A stretch of DNA of 63,575 bases, the filler included, from Stramenopiles sp. TOSAG23-2 (lineage: Eukaryota), in assembly GCA_900128395.1 (NCBI GenBank). It is 16 parts of 16 records of this genome, joined end to end, with 100 filler letters (N's around TTAATTAATTAA, not from the genome) between each part and the next. Parts side by side here need not be neighbours in the genome. Positions count along the whole stretch, not along the records: positions 19,995 to 23,886 come from LT651058.1; positions 23,987 to 27,872 come from LT651059.1; positions 27,973 to 31,856 come from LT651060.1; positions 31,957 to 35,830 come from LT651061.1; 12 more parts are not named here. One strand, 5' to 3'. A program made the translations under genes and the position numbers. Each line of letters begins with the position of its first letter. Position 1 is the stretch's first letter. Positions 19,995-32,406 of the stretch are shown here, piece by piece. The notes under the pieces were generated by a model. The model searched no databases and was not told the DNA's origin. It saw only the letters and a program-made list of their open reading frames with translations.

Positions 19995-22900
19995 TTACTA
20001 AATATGGATCACCATCATTTGTACATTTAGTTACAGTTGGATTATTACCTTCGTATCCGGAAGCACATTTCAGTCCACTAACACTAAATGAACTCATTTT
20101 TAAATTTTCATTTACACTTGAATAATCATACCCAGTACTTGTTGTACTTCTTGTGCAAAATACTGGTGACCATTTGCATACACATTCAACCTGACCCCAT
20201 CCACATCTATTTGAGCGCCCGCCATTATTAAAATAATAACCTGCGTAGTTTCTTGGCAAGTCGGCTCGATTTATGCATCCTTTAGGGTATAGATCACTCA
20301 ACCAACTACTAATACTACTCCCCCGATATGGTACACGATTAAATCCTGCTGCTGCTTTACACTCATTTTCAGTTGTCATGTAATTTTTGCAATCACCACT
20401 AGTTCGTATTGTTGATAGGGGTGCAGATTTACACAGACATTGATTTGATTGTGAGCAACTTCCAGTATTTGACATATGACCATTAAATTTTAATCTGTCG
20501 TTTTCATAATAACATCCTTTTGGATCCAAATCATCACCGTCTTGATTGTCATTTTCCGCCGTTTTATCATTTAAACTTAACTGTGTAGCAGCAAGTTCAC
20601 AATCGGATATAGATGTAATACTATGATTACATTTTGAACTTGTTTGCAATTTATATAGTGCGCATCCACTTACTAAATATGGATCACCATCATTTGTACA
20701 TTTAGTTACAGTTGGATTATTACCATCATATCCTGATGCACATTGTAAATTTGTAACATCAAATGCATTACCATCCATTCGTAAACTTGTTTCAATAATT
20801 TGTGAAAAATCATATCCAATACTATTACTTGGACTTGGACGTACACAATATGGAATTTTAGTACATCCACTAACGGTATATGCACCACCATCAGTTGTAC
20901 ATTTAGTTACAGTTGGATTACCATCATATCCTGATGCACATTGTAAATTTGTAACATCGAAGTAATTACCATCAAGTCTTAAACTTGTTTCTACAATTGC
21001 TGAAAAATCGTATGGGTTATCAGTTGGTAAACCGCATATAACACCTACATCTTCATTATGGTTACAATTTTCAACCCCCCATCCGCGATGATCACAGTCA
21101 AATATATTATCTTCGTTTCCATTACAATTTACATCATCTAAATATATACTTCCAGTACCTTGCCCGTAAAATGCTCCCGTTCTTGCTGTTGCAGACTCAT
21201 ATCCCAGATCTAAACATTTACATACAACTTTCGCATCGACTGTTGCAAAATTATCATCACAAACAGTTCCCCATGGTGATGAATCTGAGTTTGTTTGCCT
21301 CACTTCAACTCTACCGGAGTGTGCATTTGGTCCATTTACAAGACGTACTTTGCCGCCACAATAGCACAATGGGGGGGCACAATCCCCAATACCTCCTGTA
21401 CTTGGACGTACACAATATGGAATTTTAGTACATCCACTTACTAAATATGGTTGGCCATCAGTTGTACATTTAGTTACAGTTGGATTATTTCCTTCATATC
21501 CTGATGCACATTGTAAATTTGTAACATCGAAGTTATTACCATCCATTCGTAAACTTGTTTCAGTAATTTGTGAAAAATCATATCCAATACTATTACTTGT
21601 ACTTGGACGCACACAATATAAATTGGTGGTGGTAGTAGTGCCCTCATTAAAGTCCAATGTCCACATATCATCAAATTTACTCGAATCATCAGTTCCACCA
21701 AGCATTATCATTTTCATTTCATCAATTGTCGCAACAGATGAATGGCGATACCGACCACTTGGTATATTCGATGCTTGGGTTTTTCCAACAGCAGTTACCT
21801 CTTCCCAACGATTCGTAGTTAAATCTAAGAACCATGCATCATTTAAATAACCACCACCGTAACCACCAAATACAAGCATTTTGCCATGCAACAAGGTGGC
21901 AGAGTGGCCGTAACGTCCAACCGGTGCTGTCCCCGACGTTGATATTTCTGTCCAGATGAATGTAGACAAATCCAAAGACCAAACATCGTTTTTTTGACCA
22001 GCGCCATTTCCACCAAACATAATCATATTTCCATTTAACAAGCAAGACGTATGACCACTGCGAACACTAGGTTTTGTGGCGGAATTTGTTTTTTGAACCC
22101 AGGCATAAGTTGTTAAATCCAAAGTCCATAAATCATTTTTACTATTCTGACCATCGTATCCCCCAAACATAATCATTTTCCCATTCCACTGTATGGAGGT
22201 GTGTTCATCACGTTTATATGGTTTTGTTCCCGAAGTTGGCACCGATGTCCAATCCTCCGAGCCCCATTCATATGGAATTGTTATTGTCATCATCCACACA
22301 TCATTCTTAATTGGAGAATACAATCCTTCTCGACCACCGAACACAAACATTTTATTATTGAATACCACGGATGAGTGACCATATCGCCTTGGTGAATAGT
22401 CACCGCTTAATTGCATCCATGTTTTAGTGCTTACATCTAATATCCACATGTCACTTCTCACACTACTACAACTTGTGTGTGAATCACATATCATCTTACC
22501 TTTACCACCATGTATCATCATTTTGCCTTCCGATACCATGCAAGAAGAATGAAGAAAACGAGCAGCCGGCTTATTCATCCCTGTTGTCAATAATGGTTCC
22601 CACTTTGATCTTGTTGATAATGAAACCGGAGGCATTGTACATCCGCTAATGGTATATGGTTCGAACGCCTTCGTACATTTAATTGCAATTGGATTATTAC
22701 CATGATATTCAGATGCACATTGTAAATTTGTAACATCAAAATTATCTATTCGTAAATTAGTTTCAATAATTTGTGAAAAATCATATCCAATACTATCACT
22801 TGGATTTGGACGTACACAATATAAATTGGTGGAAGTTGTGCTCTTGTTAAAATTCAATGCCCACATATCATTAAATTTACTCGAATCATCAGTTCCACCA

Positions 22901-23886
22901 AGCATTATCATTTTCATTTCATCAATTGTCGCAACAGATGAATGGCGATACCGACCACTTGGTATATTCGATGCTTGGGTTTTTCCAACAGCAGTTACCT
23001 CTTCCCAACGATTCGTAGTTAAATCTAAGAACCATGCATCATTTAAATAACCACCACCGTAACCACCAAATACAAGCATTTTGCCATGCAACAAGGTGGC
23101 AGAGTGGCCGTAACGTCCAACCGGTGCTGTCCCCGACGTTGATATTTCTGTCCAGATGAATGTAGACAAATCCAAAGACCAAACATCGTTTTTTTGACCA
23201 GCGCCATTTCCACCAAACATAATCATATTTCCATTTAACAAGCAAGACGTATGACCACTGCGAACACTAGGTTTTGTGGCGGAATTTGTTTTTTGAACCC
23301 AGGCATAAGTTGTTAAATCCAAAGTCCATAAATCATTTTTACTATTCTGACCATCGTATCCCCCAAACATAATCATTTTCCCATTCCACTGTATGGAGGT
23401 GTGTTCATCACGTTTATATGGTTTTGTTCCCGAAGTTGGCACCGATGTCCAATCCTCCGAGCCCCATTCATATGGAATTGTTATTGTCATCATCCACACA
23501 TCATTTTTAATTGGAGAATACAATCCTTCTCGACCACCGAACACAAACATTTTATTATTGAATACCACGGATGAGTGACCATATCGCCTTGGTGCCATGT
23601 CTCCTTTCATTTTTGTCCATGTTTTAGTGCTGACATCTAACATCCACGTATCTTCCCTCACTCTATTATTAATTGGAGCACCAAGAAACTCACCTCGACC
23701 ACCATGTATCACCATTTTACCTTCCGATACCATGGAAGAAGAATGAAGAAAACGACCATCCGGCTTATTTGTTCCTGTTGGTAATAATTGTTCCCACTTT
23801 GGTGTTGTTGCTAATGACACCGGGGTAAATGTACATCCACTTACTAAATATGGATCACCATCATTTGTACATTTAGTTACAGTTGG
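19995..23886 (-). CDS. Fragment of a very large modular, probably extracellular protein: two Kelch propellers, an SRCR domain and several Cys-rich repeats
   Basis: Kelch motifs (RxxHS...MFGG...NDxW) twice over. SRCR (VRLVNG...GRVEV...WGTVCDD...EDVGVIC) at about 21352-21033. Open at both contig ends. Confidence 0.9.
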
Positions 23887-24271
23887 NNNNNNNNNNNNNN
23901 NNNNNNNNNNNNNNNNNNNNNNNNNNNNNNTTAATTAATTAANNNNNNNNNNNNNNNNNNNNNNNNNNNNNNNNNNNNNNNNNNNNAAAAATATGTAGAA
24001 ATAGCATATAAATACCATTAAAAATTATGTAAAACTAGGTACTATGTAATATTATGGTCTTTTTTTTATTCCTCCTGATCTTATCTCACATGGGTCATAT
24101 ATAATTATATGCAAAAAAATAATGCATTAACTTAAAACTTTTATTATGAATTCTTTTGGAAATATATAGGTAATTTTCAATATAAGCATACTAAATATAT
24201 CTCTTTAGTACAAATAAAGTCAAAATCATCGTTATCCATGTTATTATATTATTATTGGTACACATGTGACA

Positions 24272-24327
24272 CATTACAAATGTATATTACAAATGTATAT
24301 TACAAATGTATATTACAAATGTATATT
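24272..24327. repeat. 13-bp tandem repeat (attacaaatgtat) x4
   Basis: Read directly from the sequence. Confidence 0.9.
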
Positions 24328-24602
24328 TTGGTAAAAAATGTTAGAAACGGTTGGATAAAATAAATATTATACAGTTCGTATGTATTACGCGTATGCCATA
24401 CATACAAGGAAAAAAATGGATTTTCACATCACGTGTAACAGAAAATTTACATGATATTGAGTATTGAGCATATATTACTTAACACGAGAAGTGTAAAATT
24501 ATTATAACTTAGATTTTAACCAATATATATTACCCCAAACATTTTATATACGAGCATCATCTTTTCTCCTTCTTTGATTTTACGTATAGGAAAAAGAACA
24601 TC

Positions 24603-25094
24603 ATGGGAAATGCACATGCAACATTAACACAAGCTGGTTTAAATATATTTTCCATTGAATTAAATGTAACAGTTGTATTAGATCCAAATTTACAAAAAAA
24701 TTACGAAACATATGAACATTACGGGCCTCGTTTCCAAGATTCCATGTCTTTTAACATGTATACTTCAGGGAGTGAGATCAATTTACCAAATGTTGAATAT
24801 ATATTAGATGAAGTACAGGAGACATGTTGGAATATAGAAAATAATAAAGAATTTATGTTAACTGCTGAAGATATGTATGTATATGTGAAACGTGGGGATA
24901 TATATAGTAATATAGAAACTATTGATATATTAAATGATAATGAAAAAATATTTGTAATGGAATATCCTCATAAAGATGACTTAAGAGCCAGCCCAAAACC
25001 AACTTTGAAAACAATGAAAATAGATCTCGGTATTATCGAAGTAGAAAAAACAGAAAGTAATCCTATAGCAGAGAAAGGCGTAGAGGAGTGTTAA
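24603..25094 (+). CDS. Hypothetical protein, 163 aa, with an MG start (possible N-myristoylation)
   Basis: Clean ORF with protein-like composition. No family recognised. Confidence 0.55.
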   Translation: MGNAHATLTQAGLNIFSIELNVTVVLDPNLQKNYETYEHYGPRFQDSMSFNMYTSGSEINLPNVEYILDEVQETCWNIENNKEFMLTAEDMYVYVKRGDIYSNIETIDILNDNEKIFVMEYPHKDDLRASPKPTLKTMKIDLGIIEVEKTESNPIAEKGVEEC

Positions 25095-25314
25095 TTTTAC
25101 GAACTGTATTAAAAATTAATATATAACGAGATTTTAAAAACTACGCGTTGTTGTCCTTATTTTTGATAAAAAATTTTATTTTAAAGTTTTTTATAAGAAA
25201 TAAAATTCACTTTTTCAACTGATGATTGATTTCGGTGCGTACCCGATTTTCTCCCAATATCGTTCTCGTTTTAAAAATATTTGTGTGGGTACATATTTTT
25301 TGCAAAAAAAGTTT

Positions 25315-26646
25315 TTAGCGATCTACTTCACCAAAAACAATATCTTGTGTACCAATAATAGTAACCACATCGGCAATCATATGACCACGTGACATCAAAT
25401 CCAAACCTTGTAAATGTGCAAATCCAGGTGCCCGTACATGGCATCGATATGGTCTATTTGTGCCGTTGGAAACTAAAAATACTCCAAATTCACCTTTTGG
25501 TGCTTCGATTACTGTGTACGTTTCATTTGGTGGAACGACAATACCTTCCGTATGCAATTTGAAATGATGAATCAATGATTCCATTGATTGCTTCATCTCG
25601 CCACGTGCAGGCACAGTAACTTTGTTATCGTCTGATTTCACAGGGCCATTTGGCATTTGATTCAAACATTGATGTACAATCCTTAAACTTTGTCGCATCT
25701 CCTCTAAGCGCACTAAGTAACGATCGTAACAATCGCCATTCGTTCCTACTGGAATTTCAAACTCACATTCATCATATACTTCATATGATTCATTTTTACG
25801 TAAATCCCAACATACACCACTGCCACGTAAAAGGACACCACTGAAACCCCATGCCATCGCATCTTCCACGGATACAACACCGATATCAACTAAACGTTGT
25901 TTCCAGATACGATTATCTGTTAACAACTCCTCGATTTCATCGATACGACAAGCAAATTGTTCAATAAATGTATATACATCTTCCAATAAACCTTTTGGTA
26001 TGTCAGCACTAACACCACCTGGGCGGAAATATGCAGCATGCATACGTGCACCGGAGACACGTTCATAAAATTCCATTAACTTCTCGCGTTCCTCGAAACT
26101 CCAAAGCATCGGTGTCATAGCACCAACATCCATAGCATGGCATCCAACTGCTAATAAATGATTTAAAATACGTGTCAACTCACTAAACAATACACGAATA
26201 TATTGTGCACGACGTGGTACGTCTAATTGACATAATTTTTCTACTGCTAAACAATATGCATGTTCTTGACACATCATCGATACATAGTCCAATCGATCAA
26301 AATATGGCAAAGCTTGTTGGTATGATTTGTATTCAATCAGTTTCTCCGTGCCACGATGTAATAATCCAATATGTGGATCAGCTCTTTCAACAACTTCACC
26401 ATCAAGTTCTAATACTAACCTTAATACACCATGAGCAGCTGGATGCTGTGGTCCAAAGTTCATAGTGAAATTATTAATTTTTTTCGCCAACTGACTTTTT
26501 TGCAAAGCCATATGCCTCACTTGTTGCTGATTGTTGGCATTATTGTCATTGTTAAATGGCGTAAGAATCACATTGTTAGATGAACGTAAATTACGTCTAA
26601 GTAAATGATTACTCGTTCTTAAAGTATTTGATATACTACGTAACAT
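25315..26646 (-). CDS. nad7: NADH:ubiquinone oxidoreductase 49-kDa subunit, nuclear-encoded with a ~45-aa mitochondrial presequence
   Basis: [27 protein letters not shown] and DIVFGEVDR*. The N-terminal extension is R/S/L-rich and ends QVRH-M. Confidence 0.97.
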   Translation of the reverse strand: MLRSISNTLRTSNHLLRRNLRSSNNVILTPFNNDNNANNQQQVRHMALQKSQLAKKINNFTMNFGPQHPAAHGVLRLVLELDGEVVERADPHIGLLHRGTEKLIEYKSYQQALPYFDRLDYVSMMCQEHAYCLAVEKLCQLDVPRRAQYIRVLFSELTRILNHLLAVGCHAMDVGAMTPMLWSFEEREKLMEFYERVSGARMHAAYFRPGGVSADIPKGLLEDVYTFIEQFACRIDEIEELLTDNRIWKQRLVDIGVVSVEDAMAWGFSGVLLRGSGVCWDLRKNESYEVYDECEFEIPVGTNGDCYDRYLVRLEEMRQSLRIVHQCLNQMPNGPVKSDDNKVTVPARGEMKQSMESLIHHFKLHTEGIVVPPNETYTVIEAPKGEFGVFLVSNGTNRPYRCHVRAPGFAHLQGLDLMSRGHMIADVVTIIGTQDIVFGEVDR

Positions 26647-27228
26647 GTTTATATATATTATTATTACTATTTTATATAGTTAATCACGTTAAATTTTTTC
26701 TTGGTCCAAAGAAAAAAAATATTTGTGAAAAGAAAAGAAAATTATATGTATATAATAAATTATATATTACGATTCTCTTTATATATGTCGTGCAATATAT
26801 ATCAAATTAATGTCTCAATATATGCTACAAAGTTTTTCTGTATGATTAACACCAATCTATTTTGCATATTTAGATCCATCTTATGTAAAAACTATATATA
26901 TGGTTATTGTGTTCATTCATTTTTATTGGAATTTAATTTTATCGTCGTTGTTTGGGTGTTGGTAATCCAGTAATGGTATGCACCTGGTAATGCAAAGAAA
27001 GGTGAGCGTGTGCTTGCCTGGGCTTGGCGTGTTGTTCGATCATTTTATTTGAGACTAATAGCTAACCGGATTTCTGTTTTGATAGGGTTAATTAGACTAC
27101 AAAAGTACAAATAAAATTAACGTAACGTAACGCTGTGACGGCCTAAATAACAATACATTTTACTATCAAATACAAATATGTTAATAAAATCTTAAACATT
27201 CTTTAAACACTTCTGGTTTTAATTCTAT

Positions 27229-27426
27229 TAAAATAATATTTGCACCACTATCCAACAATTTTTGTTTACTATGTGCCATTAAACCAATATGACTCATAGT
27301 TTTATCATTTCAAAATTTATTTCCTCTATGAAAATAATATTTGCACCACTATCCAACAATTTTTGTTTACTATGTGCCATTAAACCAATATGACTCATAG
27401 TTTTATCATTTCAAAATTTATTTCCT
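27229..27426. repeat. Direct duplication of ~96 bp (27229-27325 and 27331-27426)
   Basis: aaataatatttgcaccactatcc...aaaatttatttcct occurs twice. Confidence 0.9.
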
Positions 27427-27570
27427 AATTGTGCACATAATGCATCTGATTTACCATATCATTTAGATATGTGAACACATTAGCTTTGAAGCATAATGGA
27501 TTGATATGGAAAAAGTCTTTTGCCACATCATAATTAGTGTGTATGCCAGGAGAAAGGAAAGAAATTTTCT

Positions 27571-27771
27571 GTGAATTTCAACCATGGTCAAATCAAAATT
27601 TTGTGTTACAATTGCATCTCTGTTCCTCCAGAATATAAATGTCCAGTTAGTGCGCTATTGATGAAAGACCCCGTTATTATTTCGTCTGGTAAAACTTATG
27701 AAAGAGAATCAATTGAGAAATGGATAACAACTAGTACCGACCCTTCTTGCCCTATATTTGATCGGGTATAG
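27571..27771 (+). pseudogene. Isolated U-box domain fragment
   Basis: [34 protein letters not shown]...CP followed by an early stop. No ATG-led ORF upstream. Confidence 0.6.
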
Positions 27772-29268
27772 GCGACACATATTTTTCATGTACATATTAG
27801 GGTTTCTATAATAGTACTATTAACACAGCATGGATTATAATTCCCAATGCTATTCCATTCTAAATCAATAATNNNNNNNNNNNNNNNNNNNNNNNNNNNN
27901 NNNNNNNNNNNNNNNNTTAATTAATTAANNNNNNNNNNNNNNNNNNNNNNNNNNNNNNNNNNNNNNNNNNNNATACAACAATATAAAAGAGATGGATCAA
28001 ACGGGTATCAACAAGTGGAAGGGATGACGATATGGATATACTAATTAATATATTTATATACTACCAACTACAATATCCTATATAATTCTCTCCCTCATGT
28101 TATTTTATTTTTAACTGCCACTCTCCCAACACACAACACACATTACAACAACTTAAACTGTTCACCAGACCAGAGAGACATGGACCAGGTGTAATTTACA
28201 TATATCGATATATATACAGACAAAACGTTTGAAATACCGAACATCATTAGTTACTCGCACACCCGATAATATAATATTTATTGTCCACGTGGCTAGTTTT
28301 TCCTTTCCCCCAACCTGTAATTTTTTTTTAATTAATCACTCAAAATCACTGAACATTTAGCTAAAATTAGGAGTAAAATATACACAGTATATATATATAC
28401 ATCGACTAATATTCCCAAGAAATGCAAGCAAAAACAAACAAAATACATGTACAACTAAAACAACAACTACATATACATACATATTAAAAAAGAAAGCAAA
28501 CAAATACACGTATTGCAAACAATATAAACATGAGTATCCCAACCATCATATCAACTCCGTCAATACAGAAAAATCTAGAACAAAAGAGAATAATAGAATG
28601 TGATGATAACAATAACAATAACGAAATTTCATCCCCAAGAATACAACATACTTTCAGTCATTTTTCGATGCTAAAATCCTTCATTTCTAATTTGTAGTTT
28701 CATAGTCTACTAGTACATATATACCATTATACTCCTATCGACACACACGTCTCGAACCTCTACCAATTCCAAAATCAATACTATTTATATAGTAATTGAT
28801 CAATTTCATCGATCATTTCTTCAACAATACATATACTAATAAGTATAAACTATGATAATCAATAAAGGATAATTTTCGTTAATTCCGATTAGTGATATAC
28901 CCCTGTTAATATTAATATGGGAATAACATTAGGAACAGTCACTTTTTAACTTTTTTTTGCTTTTGTTGATGTTTGTTAAAAAACAGTGCTGTGTCTATGT
29001 TAATATTTATCCGTAGGTAAATTTTCACACAAACTCCATTTTATGATGAGCGAAAGACAGACAATTAGCATGGACACAGTATTGATTATAATTTATCGAA
29101 AAAACATATATATATACCATCAAAAAAACATAGAGAAAAGAGATAGATACATATAGATAGAAATAAAAAAAAGAAAACAAAAAACAAATAAAAAGAAATA
29201 TTAAAACAAAAATAATATTAAAAAACAATTTTATAAACAAATTATCAAACGAAAACAACAAAACAATA

Positions 29269-29940
29269 ATGCCAACGCCATTATCAAAACCACGTCGTTC
29301 CAATAACGATGAAACAAAAGAACATGAAAATGCGCTTGAAATTAGCGCAGTAAATGTTGTTGTTGGAAGTGAAAACAAAATCATGGAACAACCAAAACCA
29401 AGTGCACCAAGACAAACATTGGATGCACCACGTCGTCACCGATCGACGTTCCGCAGTTTTAAAAAAAGATGTTATGAAAAGATGACAAGTTGTTTACGTC
29501 CTTCAGACGTTGTTACTCGCCGTGAGTTAAACAGATGTAAATATGTTGTTGCACATTCACATCGTCAATTAGCGTTGGCTTTTGGTAATGAGATTGCCAA
29601 AAACAAAAAATTGCAAGAAGAAAAAGATGAAGAAATGATGAAGATTCGTGCGCAATATGTTGAAGATATGAATAAAGTGAAAGAAGAGTTGCAATCTTTA
29701 AAAGCTACTACAGAAGCTTTATCCCGTGAAATTGCTTCGGTCACAGCTGCAAACGGCATTGTTTCTGATTCATTGAAAGAAAGATGCACCAATCTTGAGG
29801 AAGCTCTATCTCAAACAATATTAAGATCATGTTTCAATGATACTTCACAAAATCAACCATCATCGGAATTGGTTGCAGCAAATCGATTAATTGCAAGTTA
29901 CCAACAACCATCGGCAACAATAGTACAAACTCAACATTAA
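29269..29940 (+). CDS. Hypothetical coiled-coil protein, 223 aa
   Basis: Clean ORF after an A-rich leader, with a heptad-like E/K/L-rich region. Confidence 0.7.
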   Translation: MPTPLSKPRRSNNDETKEHENALEISAVNVVVGSENKIMEQPKPSAPRQTLDAPRRHRSTFRSFKKRCYEKMTSCLRPSDVVTRRELNRCKYVVAHSHRQLALAFGNEIAKNKKLQEEKDEEMMKIRAQYVEDMNKVKEELQSLKATTEALSREIASVTAANGIVSDSLKERCTNLEEALSQTILRSCFNDTSQNQPSSELVAANRLIASYQQPSATIVQTQH

Positions 29941-30702
29941 GCAGTTTCCAAAATTGTGCTAATGATGTTGTACAAAAAGCAAAAGAACTTTTGTAACACC
30001 CGGTGCCGCCGTGTAAAAAGACACAGAAATAAAAAGCAAACACACAAATGTATTTTACTCACACGTATATATATCATTTTTGTTGCATTTTTTATTATTT
30101 AATTAAATATTCATTAATTTAATTTGAAACACATATTAAAATTATTTTTAATATTTTTTTCAATTTTATCATCAAACATCAAAGAATGTCATTCATATAT
30201 ATATGTACATATATATATTTTTATGTTTTCAATTTTCAATTTAATGCGTGACGCGAGAAAAAGATTTTTATGATGATTGTGTGCATAAAATTTATATATA
30301 TAAACCATCATTTATATAATAAAAATATAAACTCCAAACAAAGTATATATATTAATATTTTTCAATCATTATATTATCTACTATATCATCATAGCTGTTC
30401 TTGTTTATATAATTATGATTTATTTCCCACCCTTTTATTGTACGGCCATATTTTATTAAATCAACTGGATATTGACCCATATGTACGTTCTATATCAAAA
30501 GCAAACACATCTATATAAAATGTATACGTAAATGTATATTTCAAGATTATTTATATTATCTATCATAACTGTAATGTATTCATGATTTATTCCCCACATT
30601 ATCACCTTCTCGTACATAATATAATATAACCATTTTTTATTATATCAACTGGAAATGCTGAGATGAATGTTGATGTTATCTATATGTTATAAAGCCATCC
30701 AC

Positions 30703-31695
30703 TTATAATGATCCATATTTACTTTCTATATCGTTGGTATTAGATATTAGTGTAGACATGGGTTTATTGCAACATTTATATATCACATTTTTCCACCATC
30801 CTCCTTTATCGTATTTTCTTGAATCTGCCATATATTCATATCCATTTCCAAATTCATAATTTTTTGGATCTTTCTTATATTTACTCCATTTGCCATATTC
30901 TATAGATGTTTGGCCAGTAAACATTAATTGGCACCAATGTATATAATTTATATATCCTAAATAAATGAATGGGAATATCAATAGAAACATAATAATATGC
31001 CATCCATTCAACGACGTGTACGGTATAAGAAATAAATCGCATATGCAAATAATAAGAGATACCATGCACAATATGAATAACATTGTAATAAATGTTAAAA
31101 AAAATGGGTAATTTCGTTTACCAATATCAACACCAATTATGTTACAATAATGATCAAGCTCTTCCACACAATGTTCACATTCCGTGCAGTGAATTGTCCG
31201 TTCGTTGCAAATGTGGTAACATTTTTGGCATTCGTATTTTTCTTCATTGTTTTTATCTCTTCTATGATCGTCTTTTTTATTGTCATTTTCATCATTATTG
31301 ATTAATGATTGTTGATTATTTTCTTTATTATTATTTAAGATACAGTTGCTAATCCTACGGCTTTGAATAATTCCAGGTTCAATGAAAGCAGTTAAAAATA
31401 AAAATAAAATCACTAAGAATGATAATATTCCGTGTATGCTATGTATAGTCAATAACGTTGAAAGTTCTGCTTCAACAAACGGAATAATATCGTTATGAAG
31501 GAATTCAAATGCAGTATAATGGCACAAGATAATTAAAATTGTTAGTGTAGGTAAACGGTATAACACTAATTTTCGTACAAATATTATTTTTCTACAAATG
31601 TAAATAATAATATGTTGTGTTTTCCATGTATTAAATGCATTTATACTAATATTAATTTCTTCATTTGTTCTTTGGGTTAAAACACGACCATCCAT
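30703..31695 (-). CDS. DHHC-family S-palmitoyltransferase (DHYC variant)
   Basis: CxxC...RTIHCTECEHCVEELDHYC...IGKRNY, four TM segments, and a TSIE (TTxE-like) motif. Confidence 0.88.
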   Translation of the reverse strand: MDGRVLTQRTNEEINISINAFNTWKTQHIIIYICRKIIFVRKLVLYRLPTLTILIILCHYTAFEFLHNDIIPFVEAELSTLLTIHSIHGILSFLVILFLFLTAFIEPGIIQSRRISNCILNNNKENNQQSLINNDENDNKKDDHRRDKNNEEKYECQKCYHICNERTIHCTECEHCVEELDHYCNIIGVDIGKRNYPFFLTFITMLFILCMVSLIICICDLFLIPYTSLNGWHIIMFLLIFPFIYLGYINYIHWCQLMFTGQTSIEYGKWSKYKKDPKNYEFGNGYEYMADSRKYDKGGWWKNVIYKCCNKPMSTLISNTNDIESKYGSL

Positions 31696-31801
31696 TTGTC
31701 GTATTGCATTTCAATTAATATACATTGCAACTACGGGTTTCCTTTGATTTCATAGCTATATGTATTATATATTTTCTCTACTTTCTTTCTTTCTTTCTAA
31801 A

Positions 31802-31856
<55 letters not shown>
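31802..31856. repeat. (TATC)n microsatellite at contig end
   Basis: Read directly from the sequence. Confidence 0.95.
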
Positions 31857-32010
31857 NNNNNNNNNNNNNNNNNNNNNNNNNNNNNNNNNNNNNNNNNNNN
31901 TTAATTAATTAANNNNNNNNNNNNNNNNNNNNNNNNNNNNNNNNNNNNNNNNNNNNACCATCTATTTCACCTTCATTGGTATTCTCTATTATGGGAATAT
32001 ATCAACACAC

Positions 32011-32110
32011 TAGTGTGAGATAGATTATTTCAGTTATTTGTATTCTTTTGAAGAGTAGGAATTATCACATGAGTAAATTAAAAAATAAATTATGCGAAAA
32101 AACTAAATAT
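32011..32110. repeat. Longest copy of the conserved non-coding element, 3' of the FAD oxidoreductase
   Basis: Aligns with both 1655-1732 and 1-57. Confidence 0.85.
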
Positions 32111-32116
32111 ATATAT

Positions 32117-32406
32117 ACATATTCTTCTCAAAAAAGCAAAAAACAGTGTGCAACAAAAGAAAGTCTTAAATTGCAAAAAATATATTCGCTTCTCTTTTAC
32201 CCAAGCACACTTCCACTGGTATCATTAATTTCACGCAATCTGGAAAAACTTTTAGTATTGACATATTCTTCTCAAAAAAGCAAAAAACAGTGTGCAACAA
32301 AAGAAAGTCTTAAATTGCAAAAAATATATTCGCTTCTCTTTTACCCAAGCACACTTCCACTGGTATCATTAATTTCACGCAATCTGGAAAAACTTTTAGT
32401 ATTGAC
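32117..32406. repeat. Exact 144-bp tandem duplication of the last codons and 3' flank of the FAD oxidoreductase
   Basis: 32117-32262 equals 32261-32406. Confidence 0.9.

Noticed and set aside
25315-26646. Mitochondrial contig, NUMT or bacterial nuoD
   Set aside because: Intact ORF with a presequence and no neighbouring mitochondrial or nuo genes.
30370-30690. Two degenerate similar segments reading PVD(L/I)IK.G on the minus strand
   Set aside because: Short, interrupted by stops, and no family identifiable.
32011-32083. Conserved 3' element as a C/D snoRNA or SECIS
   Set aside because: The box C-like motif is not conserved in the 1655 copy, there is no SECIS core, and the genes have no in-frame TGA.
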